Shown in pieces: positions 20,490-32,525 of a stretch of DNA of 32,554 nucleotides. Position numbers and translations under genes: made by a program. Numbering within the stretch: the stretch's first letter is position 1; every line of letters starts with the position of its first letter. The stretch covers positions 106,237,447 to 106,270,000 of the forward strand of contig NC_087438.1 in assembly GCF_036321535.1 (NCBI RefSeq), read 5' to 3'. This DNA comes from Camelus dromedarius. Lineage: Eukaryota. The notes beneath the pieces were generated by a model. That model searched no databases and was not told the DNA's origin. It was given only the letters and a program-made list of their open reading frames with translations.

Positions 20490-20635
20490 AATCAACAGAG
20501 CAATCTCCAAAATTCAAACACCTGGCCCTACTGCTCTCGATTGTGCTTCGGGAACTCCAGGAAGGGCCCAGGGATCTGTGTTTTACTAAGTTCCCCAGGG
20601 GTTCTGTTGTGTAGCTAAGTTGGGAGCCGCTGGGA
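20490..20635. mobile_element. MER5-like DNA transposon fossil
   Basis: gggcccagggatctgtgttttactaagttccccaggggttctg...ctaagttgggagccgctgg. Confidence 0.55.
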
Positions 20636-21119
20636 CTGGCAAATCTCGACCATTTTAATCCAGTGTGCTTCCTTCCTGCCCTTCGCTGTACCAGGCTGTG
20701 CTTCTGGGGTAGAAGATGGACATGGGGCCCTGTCCCTCATGACTCCCCGCGACCAACAGCCCCATAAATCTCCTCTCTGTCAAGTTTCTCTCTTCCCTTT
20801 CCTCTTTCCTTTCTTCTGCCTGTCAAATTTGTAGCCCTTAAATCTCTCCTCCTACGGGAAGTCTTCCTAGCTTGTCTCTACATACTTGCTGATCACAGAT
20901 ATCCATTGAGAGGCACTTTAAAAATATAGAAATAAAATATTAGAGTATGATACAATGACATGTAATATAATGTATGGATTATATCACAGATAATTGTGCT
21001 ACAGCATATTTTACATTATCACGTGGTATATATTTTTATCATATTACAGACAGGTAATTATAAGCATTTAGTCCCAGGGCACAGATTTATGAGATAAGAA
21101 TGATGTAATAGGGCTGAGA

Positions 21120-21210
21120 AGGCCCATCTAGTCTCTCAGTTCCTCACTTCTCCATTTTACAGACAGTTAAATTGAGGCCAAGGGGCATAGATAACAGGGC
21201 TCACGTGGCT
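21120..21210 (-). mobile_element. MIR fragment
   Basis: ctccattttacagacagttaaattgaggccaagggg. Confidence 0.6.
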
Positions 21211-21689
21211 CTGAGGATCCTTGGCCCCCACACCTCCTGCTCACTTGTGTAAGCTCATGCAGGATTGACCTGCCCAGTTCATAGCAGCTTGTGATCTAAG
21301 GAGGGGAGGCAGAGGCAAGTCCTCAGGGGCCGGCCCAGCCCCGCTGCAGCCCCCAGCCTGCACAAGGGCCAGGGCCCTCTACACAGCTGGAGTCAGTTAC
21401 CCAGATGTTTATGGGTCTTTGCCTCTGGTGTTTATAGTTCCGCCTTTGAGTCTGCTCTGCATCCCCGCTCTAATGAGAACAATACTCCAGGAGGCGGTGT
21501 GGGGTGGGGGGGGGGGGCGCTGGACCTGCGCCCTGCCTTCTGCCTAGGCCTCGGCTTAACAAGGATTTCAGGCCTTTTTCAAGGACGCAGGAAGGACAGC
21601 AAGATGGCGCCAATTAAAAACGGGTGAGAAAACAGGCGCATGGGGAAGAGGGAGAAAGCAGAGGCCAAGAAAAAGGTTAAAAATACAGA

Positions 21690-22030
21690 CAGCTGTGACT
21701 TCGACACAATACAGGCAAAGTCTGGGGCCAAATCTTTCCTTTTAAGAAAATGCATTTTTCTAATCATGTAAGTTATAGATATCCCTTGTGGAAAATTGAG
21801 AACACACAGACAAATGAGAAGAAAATGAAAATGTCTGTGTCCCGCCGCTCCAGGAGCACCACTGTTCATATTTTAGGGCTTTTCCTTGCTGTCTGGTGTA
21901 TAAAGCCATTTGTGTAGAAATGAGGGTATAGCAACATTCTATTTTGCAAACCTTTCCATCGTGATCATCGTAAACTATCAACATCTTTACATGCTATTAA
22001 GTGTTTTCTTCTACTACATCAAAATATGTC
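21690..22030 (-). mobile_element. Ancient L1ME-like fragment
   Basis: AT-rich block with caccactgttcatattttagggcttttcctt and related L1ME-like phrases. Weak recall-based match. Confidence 0.4.
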
Positions 22031-22559
22031 CTTTCCCTTATGATCGTGATCCAGGATTACTGTGAAAGAATTGCAGTCATCAATGAAATATGCAACATCT
22101 AAGCATAAGTGTCCCTCTTGCTCCGTCCCCTGGGGTAACACGTCAAATCTTGGGTGGGACTCATCTACACGTTTTCCTGTGCACATTGGAGGGCTGTGTC
22201 GTAGTCTATTAAAATGATCCCCTCACATTGGACACCAAGGTTAGATACACGGCTGTGACTTGAAGCCCACGGGCAGCCAGTGTGATTAGGGAAACCTGGT
22301 ACCAAGAGCAATCAATTTCTCCCAGAATAATCTCATCAGTGTGTTGTAATGAGCAACATCGTCAGCAAGGTGTGGGCAGGAGAGGCAGGAATGAATTCCA
22401 CCGGTCAGTTTCCTTGGGAAGTCACGTTTGCTTTTATTTTTCAAATTAATCCAAGTAATTCACACTCGTTGCAGAAAAACAATTTCAAGTACAAATAAAC
22501 AAATCTAAGAAAATTAAAATTACTCATAACACAGCAATAAGGTGGCCCACACTTTGGTA

Positions 22560-22690
22560 TTGATAATCATAAATGCTAGTGTCTACTGGGTGCTTCATCT
22601 CAGCCAGTCACACTGTGCTAGGTGCCTGGTACCCTTCATCGAGGCCGTGTCATCCCCATTACAAATGGCGCAACCCGGCTTTGGAGCTTG
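22560..22690 (-). mobile_element. MIR fragment
   Basis: gtgtctactgggtgc...cactgtgctaggtgcc...catccccattacaaatgg. Confidence 0.55.
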
Positions 22691-23469
22691 GTGCCTTGTC
22701 CATCTTCTCCTGGCTGCAGGGTGACAGAGTCCGCCTACGGACCAGGCGCTGCGGCTTCTGAGTCCACACTTACCCCACACCTCCTGCATCGTTTACATGT
22801 CTGCCTGGAGAGTTCCCTCTTGTGTTTTTATCTCCGACCACCTCCTGGTGTCATTAAATATTCTTAGGACTCGGTTTTGTGAATGTCCCACACTTAATTG
22901 TTGAATGTGTGGGTTAGAGTTTTAGTATCATAAACAAAGCCACCTGCATATTTTTGCAGCCTCACCCTTGAGCACCTCCATAGTTACTTCCACGGGAACT
23001 CTTTCTCCCACCCACAGCAGTCACACCAAGGGCACGGGGGTCAGGGTGAAGCGGGGGCTCCCAGGGAGAAGTGGGAATAAGGTTTGTGCCTCCCCGGACA
23101 CTTTCTCCCACCCCTCTGCTCTCAAACACCCAGGACCCTCTTCTCTGTGCCAGGCTATGCTGGTGCCGGGGGGGGGGGGGGAGGCGCGGGGGGAGGACCT
23201 GGGTCCTCAGGCCTTCTAGATGGGGCCTTCGGAAGCTCTGTGAGTGGGAAAGGAGCCTGAGCAGGGCTGCCAGGGAGCACTGGCCCCCAACAGACCCGTG
23301 CACTGGAGACCATTGGAGAAGGAGCTCTCAAGTCCCTCGGGCAGGCCGCCTTGTGCCAGCCACCGGGTAGCAGGTGGTGGGGAGGCAGGAGCCGCAGGAG
23401 CTGCGTCCTGTGCCCTCACACTCAGTTCTGCCTCTCCCCAGCTGTGTGGCTGCGGCCTGGTTGCTTACC

Positions 23470-23580
23470 CTTTCTGACTCAATTTTGCGATGTGTGAAAT
23501 GGAAACATTACTAGGAGGAAGAGGAGAATTAAATGAGATGATGTGCAGTGCCCAGCAAGTGTTCAATAAACTTGAATGAT
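23470..23580 (+). mobile_element. MIR 3' fragment
   Basis: tgtgaaatggaaacatta...gagaattaaatgagatgatgtg...aagtgttcaataaa. Confidence 0.6.
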
Positions 23581-23887
23581 TCCTGTCCTATCTGCCCCGA
23601 AGCTCTCTTGCTGCAAGAGAGGTGGGGCCGCTGGCCAGGCCCTCCTGGTCTACCCCCTGCATGGAACTGAGGTCTGCTTCCACAGCTCCCTTGGTAAGGC
23701 CCCTCCGAAGTGTGGAGGCAGCTGAAGGAAACACAGAGTTGATCGCCACCTTCCCCCCTTCACAAAGGAAGTCACAGTGGAGGACAGCCCCCTTGCTCCA
23801 AGCTGGGATCCTCTCCCTTCCCCATTAAATGGAGTTTGCGAGGCCCCTGGTCCTCGCCCCCTGCCAGGTTGTGCTGGACTCTAGGTA

Positions 23888-24050
23888 AAGAGTGTCTACC
23901 ACGTGCCAGGCCCTTTCTCTGTGCTAAGCCTCAACTCACTGATTCCGCCCAGCCCCCAGATGGTCTCCCCTTTTCACAGAGGTGGAGCCAAGCCCAGAGG
24001 GATTCTGTGAGTGGCCCAGACTGAACTGTGGGCGGCAGGGCCAGGACCCC
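23888..24050 (-). mobile_element. MIR
   Basis: gagtgtctaccacgtgccaggcc...ccccttttcacagaggtggagccaagcccagaggg. Confidence 0.6.
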
Positions 24051-24588
24051 TCCCTCCTCTGTGTGACCACAGGTCCTGGCTCTTAACTGTGGTGCTGTCC
24101 TGTCCCCCAGCGCACCCCCCACCCGAGGTGCCCTCGCACTCCTCCCTCCCCGAGGCTGCCCACCTGGCCGGTCATTTGCAACCTGTGAGGAGGTGAGCCC
24201 TGCCGCGCTCTCACAAGGCACCATTCATCCAGGCAGGCGGCTGATTGAAACCATGTGTGGTGCAGCCGGCCAAGGTGGCGGCAGCTCCGGAAGCCGGGCC
24301 TGGCCCATGGCCTGTGGGCCCTGGGAGGACGGGAGGAGGAGGTCCAGCTGACCCACAGGCCTGTCGGGCTGGGGGGAGCTCCAGGGCAGGACTGACCTCC
24401 CCTCTCTTATGCACATGACAAGGGGACCCTGGGCTGGGCCCCTGACTCCTGCTCCCAGGCTGGGAATAAGGGAAGCAGAGAGGCCCTCTCCAGATGAGGC
24501 TGGGGAACTGGGCCTGGAGCACCTCAGGGCCCTTCCCAAGGCTGTGCTCGGCAGGATTAGGTTACTGGGGACAGCGTGCTCGCGTGTG

Positions 24589-24589
<1 letters not shown>

Positions 24590-24620
<31 letters not shown>
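24590..24620. repeat. (TG)n microsatellite
   Basis: Read directly. Confidence 0.95.
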
Positions 24621-24622
<2 letters not shown>

Positions 24623-24667
24623 GACATCTATGCACTCATGACAAATTAGGGTTTCCAAAGGGCGGTC

Positions 24668-24805
24668 TGGTGCAGTGGTTAAGACTATGGGCTCTGGAGG
24701 CTCACAGACCTGGGTTTGAGTCCCATCTCTGCTGCTTCCCGCTGTGCAACCAGAGGCAACTTGCCCAGCCCCTCTGAGCTCCTCTCCTCATTCACCAAGT
24801 GAGGC
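24668..24805 (+). mobile_element. MIR 5' part
   Basis: ggtgcagtggttaagactatgggctctggag...cagacctgggtttgagtccca. Confidence 0.75.
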
Positions 24806-25371
24806 CTAGTCAAATGGCCTGAGCAAAGAGGGAGCCACACTGACTGGGGTGGGGTTTTGTGTCCTATCCCCCAGCCCCAGGGCCCCTGAAGTCACTCTGG
24901 CCCTGACGCCTGACCTCTGAGTTGTTGCTTGTCTAGAAGTTGGGAGGGTGCTAAGTGCGGGGCGTCTGGGTTTCCTCTGAGGCCCGAGGTGCCAGTAAGT
25001 GAGGGTGAGCTGGGGAGCACTGGGTCCCCAGCCAGAGTGAGGTGGGGCTGAATTAGCCACCCCCTCCTGGGCCAAGAACAGAGCGGGGCATTGTTCACAA
25101 GTCCTCCTCCCTGGCACTGAGGCCCCCACAGGAAAGGGTGGGCGGGCCAGGCCACGGCCAGCACTGACCACAGGCTTGGCTAAGCTGGACCCTTCAGGGG
25201 CCTGATGTCTCGGGAGGCGCCCCGATTTTGCAAGGAATGTTCTACTGGGCAACTCGGGCCTTGCCCAGTCTGAGGCTGGGGAGGCAGACACTTTGAGGGC
25301 ATTTGGTCCTGGCTGGGTATCTCCCACAGGATGCCCTTGGGACATCCCCAAGGATGGGACTAACCCCATCA

Positions 25372-25493
25372 CCTATGGATTTCAGACTTGCCTAGCCAGG
25401 CCCTACAGTTGTGTAAGCTAATTCCTTGCAATACATTTCTTAATATGTCCCTCCTACTGGTTCTGTTTCTCTGGCTGAACCCTGACTGATACA
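25372..25493 (+). mobile_element. MLT2-like (ERVL) LTR 3' fragment
   Basis: gatttcagacttgcc...gctaattcctt...ctactggttctgtttctctggctgaaccctgactgataca matches the recalled MLT2 3' end. Confidence 0.7.
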
Positions 25494-25742
25494 CATAGCA
25501 AGCTAAAATAAGAATCATCATCATCATTATTACAATCTTCTCTAAGTCCCCAGGAGCGGGCTGGCACACAGTAGACTCTTGGCAAATGACATGGAACCCT
25601 ATCTTATACGGGATCAGAAGTCACGTCAGTTCCTTCCAGGACCAAAGGGCTCCAAGCAGCAAGGACAAGTCCTTTTCCAAGGCCCCAGCAATAGGTAGCT
25701 TCTCGGCCCCGAACCATAACCAGGCTGGCATCTGAGGGTGCC

Positions 25743-25765
25743 ACACACACACACACACACACACA
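25743..25765. repeat. (CA)n microsatellite
   Basis: Read directly. Confidence 0.9.
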
Positions 25766-25784
25766 GCTCCTCCGTGCACCAGGA

Positions 25785-25975
25785 CCTCTACTAAACACGT
25801 CATATATTAACTCATTTAACCCCCGAAACAGCCTTCTGCAGTGGCTACTGTAATTCTCCCCACTTCACAGAAGGGGAAACTAAGCCACAGGGAGGCTCAT
25901 CGTGTGCCCAAGATCCCACAGCCGGGAAGTGAAGGAGCAGAGGCCCCACCGGAATCAGACTTTTCACCCTGCTGC
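25785..25975 (-). mobile_element. MIR
   Basis: aactcatttaacccc...cccacttcacagaaggggaaactaagccacaggg...tgcccaagatcccacagc. Confidence 0.8.
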
Positions 25976-26198
25976 CCTCATGACAGCTCTGGGCCTGCCA
26001 CTGCTAGAAACTACAAGAGGTTTTGGAGAAATAGTGTTAGTTTCCTTTAATGTTGTCCCTCTTTACAAGATGACAGTGTGAGTCTCCTTGAGCTTTGATC
26101 TCAGTTTGAATTCCAACTTTAACCCTTCAGTGTCTGATGCATCTTTGTATCCTGAGTACTTGGAACATAAAAGATGTTCAACAAATATTAATTGAGCA

Positions 26199-26290
26199 GG
26201 AAGGAGGGTACAGCTCAGTGGTAGAGCGCATGCTTAGCATGCATGAGGTCCTGGGTTCAATCCCCAGCACCTCCATTAAAAATTAACTAA
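26199..26290 (+). mobile_element. Camelid tRNA-derived SINE (Vic-1-type), second copy, next to an L2 tail fragment at about 26100-26195
   Basis: ggagggtacagctcagtggtagagcgcatgcttagcatgcatgaggtcctgggttcaatccccagcacctccattaaaaa. No clean TSD seen. Confidence 0.85.
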
Positions 26291-26519
26291 TTAATGAAAA
26301 CCCCCAAATATTGTTACACCTTTTTTTCTGGGCCTCGGTTTTCTCAGTTACACTGTGAGGATCCTGTCCAACTGATTTCCTTCTTTCTCACTTTACACCT
26401 GTCGCCCACCCGGACATATGTTCTCTCTTGATACCCCTGCCCTCACTCCTGTTTGTGGCGGGAGGAGGGGAAAAGGGAGCCCGAGAAAGGAAGTGGAGAA
26501 GCAGGACATAAAGAAGAGA

Positions 26520-27350
26520 AGGGCCAAGGCAGGATGCCGGCTCTTGCCTCTTCCCTCCTCGTTGTGCTGGAGATTCTGGTCAGGACAACTAGGCAGGAAG
26601 AGAGATACTAGGGGTCCAGATTGGAAATGAAGAGGTAAAACGAATGTCTTTTTTTGCAAACGACATGCTCTTGTATATAGACTATCACAAGGAATCCACT
26701 AAAAAAAGATTAGAACTAATAAATGAGTTCAAGTTTACAGGTGACAGGATGAATATACGAACATCAATTGTGTTCCTATACATTTGCGATGAACAATCCG
26801 AAAATGTCACAAAGAAAACAATTCCATCCGCAACCGCTTCCAACAGAGTGAAATACATGAGAATAAATTTAACGATAAAGGGCAAAGTTTACCTCTGAAA
26901 ACTATAAACTACTGTTGAAACAAACTAAAGATGATCTCAATAAATGGAAAAACCTCATGTGGTTATGGGTTGGAAGATTCCATCAACATGATTAAGATGG
27001 TAACACTTCCCAAACTGGTCTACAGAGTCAACATGATGCCTAACAAAATTCCAGCTGATTTCTTTGTACAAATTGACAAGCTGATTCTAAAGTTCATATG
27101 GAATTTCAAGGGGTCCAGAATAGCCAGAACAACCCTCTGTAAGAAGAATAAAGTCGGAGGAGTCACACTTTCCAATTTCAAAACTTACTACAGAGCAGTG
27201 GGATCAAGACAGTGTGGTACCAGCCCAGGGCAAGGTATTTAGATCAATGGAATAGACATGAGTGTCCAGAAATAAACCCCTACATCTGTGCTCAACTGAT
27301 TTGTGACGTGGGCTCATAGACACTCAACGAGGAAAGAATAGTGTATTCAG
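26520..27350 (+). mobile_element. Old L1 ORF2 fragment (RT and C-terminal region)
   Basis: FFANDMLLYID (FADD motif), KMVTLPKLVYRVNMMPNKIPADFFVQIDKLILKFIWN and KKNKVGGVTLSNFKTYYRA. Confidence 0.88.
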
Positions 27351-27374
27351 CAAGTAGAGAAGAGCAAGGAAAGA

Positions 27375-27545
27375 GCTTGGGTTTCAGATTAGGCAGATTT
27401 TGCCATCATCTTGCTGTGTGACTGAGCAAGTGAGTTAACCTCTCTGAGCCTGAGTTTTCTCCTCTATTAACATGAAGATAATGAGAGAGTGCCCATCTCA
27501 CAGGTATGGACATGCGAGATAACCTTAAGTGAAGTGCTTGGCTTA
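27375..27545 (+). mobile_element. MIR
   Basis: ttgctgtgtgactgagcaagtgagttaacctctctgagcctgagttttctc. Confidence 0.75.
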
Positions 27546-28429
27546 GATCTGGTCCCTTGAGCAAACCCACAGACAAGGCAGAGAAGCAGTGTAGGACATG
27601 CTACTGAGGGTTAGGGTCTGGCGCTCCTCCTAGGCCCCCCTGGGGAACCCCTTTCTCCAGGAAAAGGCAGGGCTGGTGGGGTTTGAATGTGCAGACTACG
27701 CTTGGCAGAGCTCTGCGGGTTGGTAATAAATGGACAGGAAAGGAGATTCCATTACGCAGGAATGTCTGGGGAGGGGGTGGGGAAGGAGCTGGCCCCCTCC
27801 CAGCACCAGCCAGCCCTGCAGCCTTGATTGATGTGCCTCACATCACAGCCGCCTCGGGGCCTGGCGGAAGGAGGCCCCTCCACTGCTCACCCCTCCTGGA
27901 GCAAGGCCAGCAGCCAGATGTTCCTGGCCACTGGGGAGCTGGGATGGGGGTGGGGAAGGCCGGCAGTGGGCTTGGGGCAGCCACCCAGACGTCGAGCCTC
28001 TGCCCCCTTCTCCTCGGCAGTTGGACTCAGGTGGCGTTGGTCCTGCTGTTGACCTCTGGCCAGTGGCCATGTCTCCATGGGACTTGACTGTGTTCAGAAT
28101 TGGGGGTGGTGGTCCTCCCCGACCTTCTCCTGCTGGGAGAGGCACATACCTGCCCAGGAAAGAGCTTTAAGCTCCAAAGAGGAAAATGTCCCAAGGCCCT
28201 GCCCACGGCTCTTGTGTTATCCTGGCCCGATCCACAGGGAAAGGTGTGACCAAGGACTGAGCCCTCTGTGATGTGTGGAGATCCCGGGGAGGCCTCTGGA
28301 TTTGTGATTTGGGAAGTGGGTCTGATGATAAGATAGACCCAAGGTTACTGCCTTGTGCTCCTCTCAAGCCCCATGATTGAAGCAAAGAGTTGCACGGCAT
28401 CTTCCCTGGGCCTCCCAGTGATTTTCAGT

Positions 28430-28940
28430 ATTAAACATATAATACTTGGAGGAGAACAGGAAAATATATACACATAGGGAACAACAGAAAAAGAGAACAT
28501 CACCCCAAGATTCACCACGTGGAATGATTAACGGTAACATGTTCGTGTCACTTCTTCTGTTATTTACATTCTGGATCTATGAATATAAATATTTACACAG
28601 GCACATTTTTCCAAAAAGTGAGCTCACCATATGCGTCCAGCTTTGTAACCTGCCTTCCTCCACTCAGCGGCACCCCGTGATCACCCGCCCGAGTCCAGGC
28701 CTGGCAGATCCACGTCAGCCTCGCTGGTTGCCCTCCCATCCTACCGCGGCCCCACGTTGTTGGTTTCTGGGTGATTTCCAAAATCTTCACAGCTATGGAC
28801 AAGGCGGTCCTGACTCTCTTTGTACCTACACCTTTCTACACATGTGGATTATTTCCTTAGGATAAATTCCAAGAAGTCAAATCTGTCGGACAAGTGATCA
28901 AACGGTCTTCCTAAAAACCAGAACCAATTTCACTCACATG
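28430..28940 (-). mobile_element. Ancient L1ME/L1M5-like fragment
   Basis: catgtggattatttccttaggataaattccaagaagtc and ttcctaaaaaccagaaccaatttcactc resemble antisense old L1. Confidence 0.55.
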
Positions 28941-29664
28941 TGGAGGCTCTTGTTCCTCCAACTTGGATCCTATGCTTCGCCCTGGACCCGCCCTCCATGT
29001 CCACTGGGCGCCTCTTTGGAGGAAGGTGCCTGCCATGGCCAGCCAGGGTCTGCCCCTGGGCCCAGAAACACGTCCTTCCCCATTGTTCTCGAGAAAGCAC
29101 CTAAGGGAGTCCCGCATGGGAGCTGAGGGGACCTGGGGAAAGTCCTGTCTGGTACTCACTTTGCCCATCTGCAAACTGGGGGAGCTGGTACCATTCTCTT
29201 CCAGCTCAGAGGCTCATTGAACGACAGCATCTGCTCTATATTCACATCCGCTGGCAGGGACTTCTGTGACTCGGGTGGGGACTGTGGCAGCCACAAGGGC
29301 AGGACATCATCTCCTGAGCACCGACCCCAGGCCCAGGCCCGTGCAGTGATGCACCCGCTTACCCCCGACGGACGCGGAAGACCCGGCTAGGTGAGCCGCA
29401 CGGCCTCGGGTGGGCTGTTAAGGAAGACTCAGCCGTGTCCTGCAGTCCTTGGGGCGAGGGCTGTGGGACGATGCCATAGGAACTGGGACCTCTCAGAGAA
29501 GCACTGGACAAGGGGAATGGCCTTGAGGTGACCTCTCTCTCAAGGGTTCCTGGAACCCCAAATCCTGTGAGCTGCATGGAACTCACACGTTTCACTACAT
29601 TCACATGCACATTCTCATTCAACGTCAACCACTCCTGACAGCATTCCAGCCTCTTTCCTCCACA

Positions 29665-29770
29665 AGTGTGCACGCACACGCACACGCACAGACACACACA
29701 CACTGAGCCTATATTTTCACTGCTGCGCACATACCTGACTGTATTATAATAATAATAATAATAATTAATA
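29665..29770. repeat. (CA/CG) mixed tract at about 29665-29703 and (ATA)n at about 29745-29770
   Basis: Read directly. Confidence 0.85.
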
Positions 29771-29940
29771 ATAAACAACACTAATTTTACTACGACATTG
29801 ATTGAGCATTTAAAACACGCCAGGCACTCCCCAGGCACTGTCTGATCCTCCCCGTATCAGGCACCTTCACTGGCTCCATTGTACAGATGAGGTGAATTCC
29901 TTGCCTGAGGTCACAGAGGTGGTAAGCAGAGGAATCCCGC
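29770..29940 (-). mobile_element. MIR
   Basis: attgattgagcatttaaaacacgccaggcact...ccattgtacagatgaggtgaa...gcctgaggtcacag. Confidence 0.7.
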
Positions 29941-30664
29941 CCTCGGCACACAGGGGCCCCTCCGCCCACCGGCCACACCCGGCCCACTCCCGCTCCCTGC
30001 CTGCTGCCTTCCTGCCCAGGCTGCCGGTGGCTGGGTGCTGGCCATACACATCCCTGCACGCCTCACCCAACCCTTGGTACACAGAGAACAGACTCGGCTT
30101 GTCCAGATTCAGGCAGCTGGAGGCACAGTAAATCCAGGCTATAAACCACCTCCTTGGCACCTTGTGTAGACCCAGACTTTTCCCCAGACCGCGCCTCTGG
30201 ACTGGAAGGAGTGCCACCCCCCCACCCCAGCCCTGAGTCCTTTACCTGCTCAGCTCCCCCCCTCCCCTTCCTTCCTTGTCCCTTCCCCTCCCTCCCTCTG
30301 CTCCCCTTTCTCTCCTCCTTTGTCCTGTGGAGCCAACCTGAGGACCTGCTTCCTGTGTGCCTGGCACTGAGGTCGAGGCTGGGCTAGAGTGGGGAGGGGA
30401 GCCCAGGTCCCCATCCTCGAGGGACCAACAGCTCCACCAGGCATATGAGACCCAGAGGACAGGCTGGCACAAGGCCACACAAGGAGTGAGCGACAGAGCC
30501 AGGCCAAATAGCTAAGTTTCCCCACACCCAAGCGAGGGCTTTTATTTGGGGAGACACAGGAGAACTAAATTCAGAACTGCTTTCTGAACACGGGGCTCAG
30601 ACACGGAACGCTGCGGGAGTTCAGAGCAGGCTCACTCGATCGTAGGTCTGGTGTATTGGGCGCA

Positions 30665-30815
30665 GGTACCTTTTATGCCTTCTCTTACTGGTTCCTCCTA
30701 CGAACTCACTAAGGTAGATATTATTATTACCGTCTTTCCCCGATTTTACAGACAAGGAAACCAAGGCTTAGGCTAGTCAGGACTCAAACCCAAGACTGTT
30801 TCTCCAAAACCCCAG
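30665..30815 (-). mobile_element. MIR
   Basis: aggtagatattattattacc...cccgattttacagacaaggaaaccaaggctta...caggactcaaacccaag. Confidence 0.75.
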
Positions 30816-31589
30816 CTCACTCACCAGGCTGCGCTCACTGCCTTGGATGAGGAAGGGACTGGGGTGCCCAACAGGTGAAGGCTTTGGCAAACTGGGATTT
30901 GAGCAGTCTTTGAAAAGGATGGGGGCAAGGATGGGAGGAGAGAGGGGAGCATTCTACGAAGTGGCCATGGCTTGAGCCGAGGGACGGAGGCGAAATGAAT
31001 CTGTGAGTCCCAGTACAAGAGAGGGGCCGTATCAATCTGAGGGGAGGTTCGTGGCTAAGGAGCCACGCAGGCTCTGGGCAACCCTCCTTTCTGGAAGAAG
31101 GGGCTGACAGTTAAGCCTGGCCCTGGTCCCCTGGTCTGGGGTGCTCTTAGGGACTCTGCCAAGGCCGGCCTTGGAGGAGCCACAGGAGGCCCCGAGCCGG
31201 GCAAAGGTCTCCCTGGCGTCACTAGCCAGGACCCATAGAGGGAGGAGCCAAGAGGCCCTTGGTGGCCATGCCACCCCTAGAGACAGACGCTGCTGGGTGG
31301 TGCAGGCACCAGGCTCTGAAGGTCCTCGGGACACATCAGCACGAGCTCCCTGGCACAGGGCTGACTGCAGGCCGGGGTGCCAGGCAACAGAGGTAAGTGC
31401 CAGGCAGAGGCTGGAGATGGAGGAGGGAGAAGGGGAAACCACCTCATCTCTGTCTAAGGCAGGGCAGCTGAGACCAGCACTGTGATGTGTTAAGGCCAGA
31501 TCCCCAAATCACAGAGGCTTGAATCAGTCACACTGCAGAAGCAGTGAGTGACTCAGGCAGGAAACTCTCAAACCACAACCTGTGGGGCC

Positions 31590-31925
31590 ACTTTCCTCCC
31601 AGATTTCCCATCTTCTAGTTAATGCTTCTTCCTCTTTCAGGTCTTAGCTCAAGTGACACCTCCTCAGGGAAGCCCACCCTGATATCTGTGCCCAACCCCC
31701 ACCACACACTGGAGGTGCAGCCAGATTCCTCTGGAATAGCACTCAGAGATCTGGGGCTCCTCCTAGCACGGTGTGTAGCTGCACTCTCATTTGTGCGATC
31801 ATTTGATCATATTGTGCACCTTCTTGCTGCAAGTTCTGAGAGGGCAGGAGATGCAGCCGTCATGTTCACTGGCGTATCCACAGGCCCCAACATATAGAAA
31901 AACCCAATAGATATTTGTTAAACAA
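31590..31925 (+). mobile_element. L2 3' end
   Basis: tctttcaggtcttagctcaagtgacacctcctcagggaagcc...gcaagttctgagagggcagga...aatagatatttgttaaa. Confidence 0.75.
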
Positions 31926-32170
31926 GTGGGTAGGTGGATGGGTAGATGTATGTATGGGTGTATATATGGATGGACGGATGGATGGATGGATGGGGGTGGG
32001 TGGATGGATGGGTGGGTGGGTGGATGTGTAGTTGGGTAGATAGATGAGCAGAGGATGACTGTGTGGGAGGCTGGGTGGATGGCTGAGGGAAAGGACATGT
32101 GGATAAATAGTGCTGGATGGGTACGGAGATGAATGGGTGGATGGACAGAAGCCTGAGTGGAAGGATGGTT
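31926..32170. repeat. Degenerate (TGGA)n simple repeat continuing from the L2 tail
   Basis: ggatggatgg/ggtgggtgg arrays directly after the L2 3' terminus. Confidence 0.85.
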
Positions 32171-32299
32171 GGGTGAAACTGGGAAATGTTAGATTATTAG
32201 AATGTTAATAATCATGAAACTCTAGAGTGCTAAAGTCAGATACTTAAAATATTTTTTATCGTTAAACAGCTCAGCATCGTAATTAGATGGGGAAATTAC

Positions 32300-32525
32300 A
32301 GAGCTCGTATCCCTTTTATAAGAGATGAACAGACAGGCTTAAAAAGGTGGGGCAGATTTTTCCAAGATCACACAGCAAACCTGATGACCCCAAATCCCTG
32401 TTTTCTAAACTTTGTACAAAACAACCTCTAGAAAAGGGGGTCAAAATCCCTTGTTCCAATGCTCTCTCTTCTGTGGCTTAGGCATGATCTGGGACAAGTC
32501 ACTGGGCCTCCGTTTCCTCTTTAAA
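32300..32525. mobile_element. Two short MIR fragments, about 32300-32400 (-) and about 32470-32525 (+)
   Basis: tttccaagatcacacagc and atctgggacaagtcactgggcctccgtttcct. Confidence 0.5.

Noticed and set aside
20900-21070. AT-rich block as a possible novel element
   Set aside because: Low complexity, with no terminal repeats, TSD or periodicity that I could establish.
24100-24560. CpG island or promoter in a GC-rich stretch
   Set aside because: GC-rich but with only scattered CpGs. An ETS motif (ccggaag) and a donor-like GAG|GTGAGC occur, but without enough supporting structure.
31926-32170. CRISPR-like or satellite array
   Set aside because: A degenerate (TGGA)n simple repeat at an L2 tail, with no repeat-spacer structure, in eukaryotic DNA.
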